A DNA stretch of 20,000 nucleotides from an uncultured virus (IMG/VR IMGVR_UViG_2061766007_000682) (Duplodnaviria; Heunggongvirae; Uroviricota; Caudoviricetes): IMG/VR virus record IMGVR_UViG_2061766007_000682. One strand, given 5' to 3'. Positions 7,675 to 16,837 of this stretch are shown here, piece by piece. Below the pieces are notes generated by a model. The model made no database searches, was not told the DNA's origin, and was given only the letters and a program-made list of their open reading frames with translations. A program made the translations under genes and the position numbers. The stretch's first letter is position 1. Each line of letters starts with the position of its first letter.

Positions 7675-8661
7675 ATGGGATTCAAAGAAACTATTCTTGA
7701 GAAGACCGCAGGCGCAAGATTGTTCTACAAGGATCATCAGTCTGAGATTGAAATTGGAACTGGTATTGCGTGTTTCGCTCTGTCTGTTATCACAGCAGCT
7801 AGAGCAGGAATTAAAACAAAGAAGATCATTGATGATTACAACAAAGCTGCATGCGAGGCCGAGGTGCATCGTCAGGAAGGCATGGTAACCGTTTGGTCTG
7901 ACAATCAGCAGGAGATCATACCGTATACGGAAGAGGATTTTAAAAAGGAACTCCGTAACATCAAGCTTCGTACGGCCGGTAAGATCGCAGTAACATGGGC
8001 TCCTTCAGCTCTCGGCTTTGCCGGAGGTACAAGTCTTGTCCTGCATAGTCATCATCTAATGGCTCAATCTAACATTGCTCTTGCCGCTGCACTTAAGACA
8101 AGTGAAGAACAGCTTAAGAAGTACAGGGATAAGAATGCAGAAAAGATTGGCGAAGAAAAAGAACAGCAGGTGTATGACGGTCAGGAAACTGAGAAGAAAG
8201 GCAAGAAAGAGTATGTTCTTCAGGGCACACCGTTATCTAAATATGCCAGACTGATGAGTAAGGATACGCTCGGTCGTTCTGCTGATTGGTGCAACAGCTC
8301 GTGCGATTATAATTTCGGACGTGTCAAGAGAATCAATGAGTGGGCAAATAGACAGCTTAAGATGAATGGCGTTGTAACACGAAGAGAAGTGTATGAAGCG
8401 CTTGGCTTCGATGTTACGAATGAAGATCCTGATTGTTCCGTAGATGGATGGAGACTGAAGAAATATGGTGGTAAGACTGATGAAGGTGGTATTGAGATCA
8501 GAATTATTGACCATATCGGTGGAGATCCTAATAATGTAACCTATGTACGTGACGAGTTTGGGGACGGTTACGTACGTTCCGCGGATGCATTCTGGATTGA
8601 TTTAAACTGTGAAGGTTGTATTCTTGCTGTTAGTACATTGAAGAAGCTTGGAGGAGCGTAA
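7675..8661 (+). CDS. DUF6353-like phage protein
   Basis: AAGGAGG RBS before ATG 7675; GTGIACFALSVITAARAG, YRDKNAEKIGEEKEQQVY, EVYEALG...DGW, WIDLNCEG. Confidence 0.7.
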   Translation: MGFKETILEKTAGARLFYKDHQSEIEIGTGIACFALSVITAARAGIKTKKIIDDYNKAACEAEVHRQEGMVTVWSDNQQEIIPYTEEDFKKELRNIKLRTAGKIAVTWAPSALGFAGGTSLVLHSHHLMAQSNIALAAALKTSEEQLKKYRDKNAEKIGEEKEQQVYDGQETEKKGKKEYVLQGTPLSKYARLMSKDTLGRSADWCNSSCDYNFGRVKRINEWANRQLKMNGVVTRREVYEALGFDVTNEDPDCSVDGWRLKKYGGKTDEGGIEIRIIDHIGGDPNNVTYVRDEFGDGYVRSADAFWIDLNCEGCILAVSTLKKLGGA

Positions 8662-8662
8662 A

Positions 8663-9196
8663 ATGAAATATCTGAATGTTATAATTAGTTGTGTCTGTGC
8701 TATAGGCGGCGGCTTAGCTGGTTACTATTATGGTAAGCAGAAGGAAGTAAAAGCTTACGAAGCAGATATTGCATCATTAAAAGAAGAGTATCAGAAAAAG
8801 ATCGATGAAGCCAAGAAAGCGGGGAGAATGGAGATGCTTAAGAATATGAGCAAAGGCCCAGTTGATGGTGAAGAACAGAAACTGAAGGAGAACGGGGATA
8901 TTGATGATGAAATCGTTGAAGTTGTATCCGAGAACGATGCTCTTGATAGCCCCGTTATTGAAGACATTATATTTTTCGGTAAAGACAAAGTGTGGTGGAA
9001 TCAGGATCGTGAGAAGACATACAATAACAACGATCCGTTTACTATTCCAACAGATTTCTTTACATATTTTGGAGAAGATAAGGCGGATCTGATTTATCTT
9101 CATAACACGAAGACAAATGAGTACTTTGCCGTACGTTACAATCCTGGATCCTATGTTTCTAATGTTCTCGGTTATGATGATACCTCTGATGATTGA
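8663..9196 (+). CDS. hypothetical protein with N-terminal membrane anchor and coiled coil
   Basis: GGAGGAG RBS before ATG 8663; VIISCVCAIGGGLAGYYYG then charged helix; acidic C-terminal half. Confidence 0.75.
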   Translation: MKYLNVIISCVCAIGGGLAGYYYGKQKEVKAYEADIASLKEEYQKKIDEAKKAGRMEMLKNMSKGPVDGEEQKLKENGDIDDEIVEVVSENDALDSPVIEDIIFFGKDKVWWNQDREKTYNNNDPFTIPTDFFTYFGEDKADLIYLHNTKTNEYFAVRYNPGSYVSNVLGYDDTSDD

Positions 9197-9225
9197 TGCT
9201 TCTCTAAAGAGAGGAGGAATTATAT

Positions 9226-9789
9226 TTGGGAGGTACGAGATATTTGTCGCGTGCCGAGGTTGAAAGAGATCAGTATATTGGATGGCTTGCCGATAAAATT
9301 AATATATATGTCGGCGGCCAGTATTCCAATCTGATACATTGCTTATGGGAAATTCCATTTGTGTGGCAAGTACCTGATGACAGAAATAGAGCGATCGATG
9401 GTAACATGCTACGTACGATTTATATTCAGTCACATACGGTTTTTAATACTAATATTGTGTTCCCGTATGAAGATGGTTGCACATTCTTGGAATTTCTCAT
9501 AGCTCTTTCAATGAGGGCAAACGACATTATGTACGAACCAGGTGTCGACAAAACTACCGATTATTTTTGGCAGATTATAAGCAATATTGGCTTAGATCAT
9601 TGTGTTAATGACACGTTTGGTAGGACTTGGGACGCCTTTTATGTACATGAAACGATAGGAAAAATACTCTCCAGAGACTATGATTATGACGGTTTGGGAG
9701 GATTATTTCCACTAAAAAATCCAATAAATGATCAAAAAACGGTGCCAATTTGGTATCAAATGAACGCCTATTTGAATGAAAATTCATAA
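9226..9789 (+). CDS. conserved phage hypothetical protein
   Basis: 187 aa, TTG start after GAGGAGG; DDRNRAIDG..LR, CTFLEFLIALS, GLGGLFPL, IWYQMNAYL. Confidence 0.8.
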   Translation: MGGTRYLSRAEVERDQYIGWLADKINIYVGGQYSNLIHCLWEIPFVWQVPDDRNRAIDGNMLRTIYIQSHTVFNTNIVFPYEDGCTFLEFLIALSMRANDIMYEPGVDKTTDYFWQIISNIGLDHCVNDTFGRTWDAFYVHETIGKILSRDYDYDGLGGLFPLKNPINDQKTVPIWYQMNAYLNENS

Positions 9790-9993
9790 AAATTCAATTT
9801 AAAAATGTCAAATTTTGTTGATATTTAGGCCGTTTACGGGCTTAATTTGTTGACAAACCTGGCACGAACGGCGAAAAAATGTCAAATTTTAAGTCAAAAT
9901 ATGTCAAAAATCTTTGATATTTTTGATAAAATTGTTGAAAAAACATGAAAAATTCATCAAAATTTGCACAAAATTGCACAAAACTGTTTTTAA
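9790..9993. repeat. AT-rich intergenic repeat array (candidate replication origin)
   Basis: AAAAATGTCAAATTTT exact at 9801-9816 and 9875-9890; more GTCAAA at 9893 and 9903; inverted TTGACA at 9850; TGCACAAAA twice 10 bp apart (9965, 9975); continues into a 411-nt gap. Confidence 0.55.
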
Positions 9994-10405
9994 NNNNNNN
10001 NNNNNNNNNNNNNNNNNNNNNNNNNNNNNNNNNNNNNNNNNNNNNNNNNNNNNNNNNNNNNNNNNNNNNNNNNNNNNNNNNNNNNNNNNNNNNNNNNNNN
10101 NNNNNNNNNNNNNNNNNNNNNNNNNNNNNNNNNNNNNNNNNNNNNNNNNNNNNNNNNNNNNNNNNNNNNNNNNNNNNNNNNNNNNNNNNNNNNNNNNNNN
10201 NNNNNNNNNNNNNNNNNNNNNNNNNNNNNNNNNNNNNNNNNNNNNNNNNNNNNNNNNNNNNNNNNNNNNNNNNNNNNNNNNNNNNNNNNNNNNNNNNNNN
10301 NNNNNNNNNNNNNNNNNNNNNNNNNNNNNNNNNNNNNNNNNNNNNNNNNNNNNNNNNNNNNNNNNNNNNNNNNNNNNNNNNNNNNNNNNNNNNNNNNNNN
10401 NNNNC

Positions 10406-13400
10406 TCCAAAGATTTGATGGTAAAAGGTTCTAAGTTCTATGCTATATGGGATGAAGAAGCCGGATTATGGTCTACAGATTTATATGACGTTCAAAGATT
10501 AATTGATAAAGAACTCGATGACTATGTAGCCAAGAATAATTTTGACACTAGAGTCAAGATTAGATATCTGGCTTCTTTCTCTTCACAGATTTGGACTACG
10601 TTCTTGAAGTATGTAGCTTCATGTCCTGACAATTATAAATTGCTGGATAGAACAATTACGTTTGCTGATACACCAGTTAAGAAGAGCGATTATATTTCTA
10701 GGAAGCTTCCATATACTTTGAATGATATACCAACTCCAGCGTATGATGAATTAACAAATTCATTATATTCTCCTGATCAGAAAGAAAAGTTTGAATGGGT
10801 GATTGGATCGATAATAGCTGGCGATTCAAGAAAGATTCAAAAGTTTCTTGTGTTTTATGGAAAACCTGGAACTGGTAAAAGTACAATTCTTAATATTATA
10901 CAGAAATTATTTGAAGGATACTTTAATTCATTCAATTCAAAAGCATTAGGAAATTCCAATTCTGAATTTTCAATAGAACCTTTTAGATTAAATCCACTAA
11001 TTGCTATTGAACATGAAGGTGATCTATCGCATATTGAAGATAACACGAGATTAAATAGCATAACGAGCCATGAACCGATAACTGTAAACTTAAAGCATAA
11101 ATCTATGTACACTGATACATTTACGTCAATGTGTATTATTGGTACTAATAAACCTGTAAAGATTACAGATTCAAAGTCTGGTATTATTCGAAGACTAATT
11201 GATGTAAATCCTAAAGGTATTATTATTCCTGAAAAGAGATACGACGCATTATATCATCAAATAGATTTTGAGTTAGGTGGAATCGCAAAACATTGTTTGG
11301 ATGTCTATACTTCACTTGGTAAAAATTATTACAAAGATTACAAGCCGATTGCAATGATGCAGAAAACTGATGTATTCTTCAATTATATTCAAGAGTATTA
11401 CAATGAGTATGCAGATGCAAATGAAGTAACATTGAAAAAAGCTTGGATGAATTATTTGGAATTTTGTAATAATACTAATATTAAGTATGACATGCCTCAG
11501 TATAAGTTCAGAGAAGAATTAAAAGAATATTTTGATGAATTCCTTGAACAAACTACTATGGGAAATGGAATGCGAGTACGTAGTTTATATAGAGGTTTTA
11601 AGAAAGAGAAAATTTATTTAGAAGTAACAAAGCCTGAAAAAGATAAAACTAAAAAGAACGAGGCTAAGCCATGGGCATTTAATTTAAATAGCACAAAGTC
11701 ATTGTTAGACAAAGCATTGGCTGACTGTCCTGCACAATATGCAAAAGAAGATGGAACACCTGTGACAACTTGGAGTCGTAATATGTATATATTAAAAGAC
11801 ATCGACACAAAAGAGTTGCATTATGTGAAACCGCCTCTTAATCATATTGTTATTGACTTTGACTTGAAGAACTCTAATGGCGAAAAAGATTTCNNNNNNN
11901 NNNNNNNNNNNNNNNNNNNNNNNNNNNNNNNNNNNNNNNNNNNNNNNNNNNNNNNNNNCATCTTCATTATATTTATCAAGGAGACCCAGAAATGCTGGCA
12001 TCTGTCTATGATACAAATATTGAAGTAAAAGTATTTAAAGGTCGTTCATCTTTGAGGCGTAAACTTACTAAATGTAATNNNNNNNNNNNNNNNNNNNNNN
12101 NNNGCGGTTGACAAAATGGTAGATTTTACAGTATTAAAGAATGAAGCAGCATTAGACACTTATATTCGTAAGTGCCTTAATAAGGAATATTCTCCACATG
12201 CGACTAAGCCAATGATAGATTATATTTATGACGCATTGCTTAAAGCATATGAATCAGGCATGGATTATGACATGTCTAAATGGTATTCTGATATTATGGC
12301 CTTCGGACAGAATAGTTCTCATAATGCTGATTATTGTGTACGAAAAGTAGTTGAAATGAAATTTAAAGGAAAGAAGTATGAACAGCAGGAAGAAGTTCCA
12401 ACTAAAATCTCGGATGGGAAATATGACGATGATAGACTTGTGTTCTTTGATATCGAAGTATTTCCTAATCTTTTAATGATTGTGTGGAAATTTAAAGACG
12501 ATGATCATATGAATGTCCTTATTAATCCAGAACAAGAAGAAGTAAGACGATTGTTTCGTTTGAAACTTGTTGGATTCAACTGCCGTCGATACGATAATCA
12601 CATTGTGTATGCTGCAGGAGCAGGGTTTACACTAAAAGAATTATATTCTTTGAGCAAGATGATTATTAAAGAGCAAAAAGGATTTATTGTGCCAGCGTAT
12701 GGATTGTCGTATGCTGACATTTATGACTTCTCGACTACTAAGCAAAGTCTTAAGCGATTTGAGATTGATCTTGGTATTCATCACCAGGAACTTCCATTAG
12801 ATTGGAACAAACCTGTNNNNNNNNNNNNNNNNNNNNNNNNNNNNNNNNNNTGTAACGACGTTAGAGCAACTGAAGCAACATTTAATAAGTTGCAAGCTGA
12901 CTATGATGCTAGATGTATTATTGCTGAGCTGGCAGGTTTAACACCTAACTCAACAACAAGAGTTTGCACAGAGCATATTATATTTGGCGAAGACATGCAT
13001 CCGCAAGATAAGTTTGTTTACACCGACTTGTCTACAATCTTTCCGGGCTATGTATTTAAATCCGGTAAGAGTACATATGCTGGTGAAGTAATCGGAGAAG
13101 GCGGATATGTATATGCTGAACCCGGTGCGTATGGCAAAGTNNNNNNNNNNNNNNNNNNNNNNNNNNNNNNNNNNNNNNNNNNNNNNNNNNNNNNNNNNNN
13201 NNNNNNNNNNNNNNNNNNNNNNNNNNNNNNNNNNNNNNNNNNNNNTAAATGGTATCTTGGTTCCATATATGTCTGATGAAGCAGCTTGTAAAAAATTAGC
13301 TTATGCTCTAAAGATCGTAATTAATAGCGTATATGGTTTAACATGTGCATCATTTGAGAACAGGTTTAGAGACCCAAGAAACATTGACAACATTGTTGCT

Positions 13401-14203
13401 AAGAGAGGCGCATTATTCATGTGCACTCTTAAACACAAGGTTCAGGAAATGGGTTACAAGGTTGTTCATATTAAAACGGATTCAATTAAGATTGCAGAGC
13501 CAGATGAGACAATTATTAAATTCGTAACAGAATTTGGTAAATCATATGGTTACTCGTTTGAGGTTGAACATGAATTTGAACGAATCTTACTTGTAAATGA
13601 TGCTGTTTATGTTGGTAAAACTACAGAACCGGATGACGATGGTCTTTATTGGACAGCAACCGGAGCTGAGTTTAAACGGCCATACATATTTAAGATGCTC
13701 TTTACTAAGCAACCAATTATATTCTCAGACTTGTGTGAAACAAAGCAAGTGCAAACTGAGATTTATTTGGATTTTAATGAAGAGAATCCTGATAAGCATA
13801 GATACACTTTTGTTGGTAAGGTCGGATCATTCTTACCAGTCAGAGAAGGTTGTGGCGGAGGCTTACTTATGAGAAAAGTAAATGCTGATGACCAAATACC
13901 TGTTGACGTCTGGTTGGATGAGAAAGATGTTGTTGACGAAAAAGACTCAAAGAAATTTAATAAATTTGCGTCAGTAACAGGAGCAAAAGGGTATCGTTGG
14001 AAAGAGGCTGAACTCATTAAAGATGACTTCGAGTCTCAAATTGATATGACATACTATAATAATATGGCAGATGAAGCAAAGAATCATATTATGGAATTCT
14101 GTGATTATGAACTGTTTGTTTCAGATGACGATTATATAGTNNNNNNNNNNNNNNNNNNNNNNNNNNNNNNNNAAATGAAGATTTACCATGGGACAACAAT
14201 TAA
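10406..14203 (+). CDS. probable fused SF3 helicase / primase / 3'-5' exonuclease / family B DNA polymerase (start hidden in gap; frame changes only at N gaps)
   Basis: Walker A FYGKPGTGKST and IIGTN; IVIDFDLK...HLHYIY...IEVKVF primase-like motifs; exonuclease FFDIEVF, GFNCRRYDN, CNDV; PolB KIVINSVYG and HIKTDSIK; ends NEDLPWDNN* at TAA 14201-14203. Confidence 0.8.
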
Positions 14204-14232
14204 AACATTTAAAATTTTAGGAGGATTTAAAA

Positions 14233-14706
14233 ATGAAAATTAAGGTAATGAGACCCGCAAATGGTGGAAGAGATGTTTATGTTATTCAGAATGCTCAGCT
14301 TAAGTATAAGAACTTTAGTGGCAAGCAGGGCAAGTTCCCAGGATCTAGATCGGTCAACGTTCTTGTTGATGCTGAGGATAAGGCAATGATGGAAGCAAAG
14401 GGTCTCAGAGTTAATGAGAGAACTAATCCGCATACAAACGAAGTTGAGTATACAATTAGAATTAATGTTAAGATGCTTCCTGGCAACTCTCCGAAGATCA
14501 CTCAGAGAACTGGTAANNNNNNNNNNNNNNNNGAAGTAACTGTAGAAGCTCTCGACAGTGTTTCCATCAGCAAGGCAGATGTTGCCTGGACTTACGGTTT
14601 TGGAACAGGAAATCCCGTTGCTTACCTTAAGGAAATGAATGTGGTTATTGTTCCTTCCATCTTTGCACCGGATGCGAATGATTATTACATGGAGACCCAT
14701 GATTGA
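14233..14706 (+). CDS. putative single-stranded DNA-binding protein
   Basis: AGGAGG RBS; NAQLKYKNFSG...GSRSVNV...AYLKEMNV pattern typical of phage SSBs; between polymerase and helicase. Confidence 0.7.
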   Translation: MKIKVMRPANGGRDVYVIQNAQLKYKNFSGKQGKFPGSRSVNVLVDAEDKAMMEAKGLRVNERTNPHTNEVEYTIRINVKMLPGNSPKITQRTGXXXXXXEVTVEALDSVSISKADVAWTYGFGTGNPVAYLKEMNVVIVPSIFAPDANDYYMETHD

Positions 14707-15917
14707 TTCACTTAGATGATTATCAGTTAGATGCGATTAAAAGGCTAAGGACTGGCTCCATTCTTTGTGGTGGAGTCGGTTCTGGCAAATCGCGAACTGC
14801 ATTAGCATACTATTATATTCAGCAAGGAGGGTCTTTGGATCCTTACTCTCCTATGGATTTTTATACGGCTAAGGATTTATACATAATAACTACGGCAAGA
14901 AAACGTGATACTTATGAATGGGAAGATGAAACAATTCCATTTCTGCTAAACAAGGAAGACGATAAACACCGTAATTATATTTGTAACTACTATGTTGATT
15001 CTTGGAACAACATTAAAAAATATGCAAACGTTAAAGATTCATTTTTCATCTTTGATGAACAGAGAGTAGTTGGATATGGTGCATGGACTCAAGCATTTTT
15101 AAAAATAGCAAAGAACAATGCATGGATTTTATTAAGTGCTACACCTGGCGATTGCTGGTCAGATTATATTCCAGTGTTTGTTGCAAATGGCTTTTATAAA
15201 AATAAAACTGAGTTTACAAAAGAGCATATCATTTACAAGCCATTTAGGTCTTATCCTATAATTGATCGATATGTTAATACTAGGAAGCTTGATTATTTTA
15301 AAAGTAAAATTTTAATAGACATGGATTACAAAAGTCCAGCAACAGAAATTTATATAGATGTTCCTGTTTCATATGATAGAGATAAATACATNNNNNNNNN
15401 NNNNNNNNNNNNNNNNNNNNNNNNNNNNNNNNNNNNNNNTATTGTAAATGCTAGCGAATATTGTAGTATACTTAGAAAGATTATTAATAGCGATAAATCA
15501 AGATCCGATGAAGTTATTAGATTATGCGAAAGACATAAAAAGGTAATTATATTTTATAACTTTGATTATGAACTCGAGATATTGCAAAATTTATTAACTG
15601 TGCATAAGATACCATTTTCCGAATGGAATGGTCATAAGCATGAACCAATTTTGAAATCAGATCATTGGGTTTACTTGATACAGTATTCTGCTGGGTCTGA
15701 AGGTTGGAACTGCATAGAGACAAATGTAATTATATTCTATTCACAGACTTATTCATATAAGCAAATGATTCAGTCAGCTGGAAGAATTAATCGAAGGAAT
15801 ACACCTTTCAAAGAATTATATTTGTATCGATTTAAATCTAAAGCAGGAATTGATAAGGCAATAACTCGAGCTTTGAACAACAAAGAAGATTTTAATGCCA
15901 GAAAGTTCTTCGCGTAG
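14703..15917 (+). CDS. SF2 (DEAD/SNF2-like) helicase
   Basis: Q motif LDDYQ, Walker A GVGSGKS, IFDEQR, LLSATP, AGSEGWN, QSAGRINR. Confidence 0.9.
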   Translation: MIHLDDYQLDAIKRLRTGSILCGGVGSGKSRTALAYYYIQQGGSLDPYSPMDFYTAKDLYIITTARKRDTYEWEDETIPFLLNKEDDKHRNYICNYYVDSWNNIKKYANVKDSFFIFDEQRVVGYGAWTQAFLKIAKNNAWILLSATPGDCWSDYIPVFVANGFYKNKTEFTKEHIIYKPFRSYPIIDRYVNTRKLDYFKSKILIDMDYKSPATEIYIDVPVSYDRDKYXXXXXXXXXXXXXXXXXIVNASEYCSILRKIINSDKSRSDEVIRLCERHKKVIIFYNFDYELEILQNLLTVHKIPFSEWNGHKHEPILKSDHWVYLIQYSAGSEGWNCIETNVIIFYSQTYSYKQMIQSAGRINRRNTPFKELYLYRFKSKAGIDKAITRALNNKEDFNARKFFA

Positions 15918-15945
15918 AAATCTAACTATATTATAGAAGGGGATA
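15911..15945 (+). promoter_or_regulatory. conserved phage promoter-like motif, copy 2
   Basis: CGCGTAGAAATCTAACTATATTATAGAAGGGGATA; overlaps helicase stop; upstream of nuclease-nuclease-RNAP genes. Confidence 0.65.
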
Positions 15946-15990
15946 CGTAGAGTGTGTCAAAAACATGCTCTACTGCCCTTTTTATTTTTT
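15935..15990 (+). terminator. long hairpin plus T-tract after motif copy 2
   Basis: GTAGAGTGTGT-CAAAA-ACATGCTCTAC 11-bp stem (2 G-U), outer AAGGG/CCCTT pairing, then TTTATTTTTT. Confidence 0.65.
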
Positions 15991-16005
15991 CAGGAGGAAC
16001 AGCAA

Positions 16006-16299
16006 ATGAGGGAGTCAACTTTTAGAACTGGATTTATTAGAAAGCTCAGACTCTTAAGTCCAGACATCTTTGTTGAATTCGCAGACCCATCTCGGGTTAA
16101 CGGAATTCCTGATCTGATTATTTTTTATCGAGATAAGCATGCTCGCATAGAAACTAAGAGATCAAAGAACGCATCTAAACGATTGCATCAGGAACATTAT
16201 ATTCAGTTGTTCAATTCGTATGGTGTTTATTCGACTTTCCTTACACCAGAAAATGAGGAGGAAGTTTTAAATGAGCTTAGAAGGTATTTCCAACTATAA
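16006..16299 (+). CDS. VRR-NUC domain nuclease (putative Holliday junction resolvase)
   Basis: AGGAGG RBS before ATG 16006; MRESTF...GIPDLIIF...IETKRS...HQEHYI. Confidence 0.85.
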   Translation: MRESTFRTGFIRKLRLLSPDIFVEFADPSRVNGIPDLIIFYRDKHARIETKRSKNASKRLHQEHYIQLFNSYGVYSTFLTPENEEEVLNELRRYFQL

Positions 16300-16837
16300 A
16301 GACAAGCATGCGTTTCTTGCACCGTCGCAACCGGCGTGGCTTAGATACACTGAGTCACATTTGCTTGAGATGTACAGGCAAGAGAGTGCACAGGAAAAGG
16401 GTACGAAATTACATGAATGGGCTGAAAATACAATACGGCTCGGAATCTGGCAAAAGCAAAGAACAAATAACATGCTTTACAATTATGTAAACGATGCTAT
16501 TGGTTTTGGAATGGAGCCGGAAAAATTATTGTTCCACACAAAATATTGTTTTGGAACAGCAGACTCAATTATATTTAAAAAAGGAGTTCTTCGTATACAT
16601 GATTTAAAAACTGGTGTAACAAAGCCACATGATGATCAATTAAAAGTATATGCTGCACTCTGGTGTTTAACCAATGGAGTCGACCCAGAAAGTATTAAAA
16701 TAATATGCCGTTTTTATCAAAGAGATGTGTGTAATGAATTTCAACCAACTGGTGAAGAGATTCGGAATATTATGAATATTATAATAGCCTGGGAAAAAAT
16801 ATTAGAAATGGAAGATGGAGGTGGACTGATACTATGA
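16271..16837 (+). CDS. PD-(D/E)xK exonuclease (DUF2800/Cas4-like)
   Basis: HAFLAPS, GTKLHEWAE, FGTADSI, IHDLKTG, QLKVYA. Confidence 0.8.
   Translation: MSLEGISNYKDKHAFLAPSQPAWLRYTESHLLEMYRQESAQEKGTKLHEWAENTIRLGIWQKQRTNNMLYNYVNDAIGFGMEPEKLLFHTKYCFGTADSIIFKKGVLRIHDLKTGVTKPHDDQLKVYAALWCLTNGVDPESIKIICRFYQRDVCNEFQPTGEEIRNIMNIIIAWEKILEMEDGGGLIL

Noticed and set aside
9914..10404. ORF-track N-terminus MIFLIKLLKK... of the 704-aa ORF and other ORFs spanning the gap (9904-10410, 9945-10418)
   Set aside because: Produced by reading through 411 Ns; the visible part is repetitive and non-coding-like; the real start is probably late in the gap
16271..16837. Cas4-like nuclease as sign of a CRISPR-Cas system
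   Set aside because: No array or other cas genes and no four-Cys Fe-S motif pattern; ordinary phage recombination exonuclease
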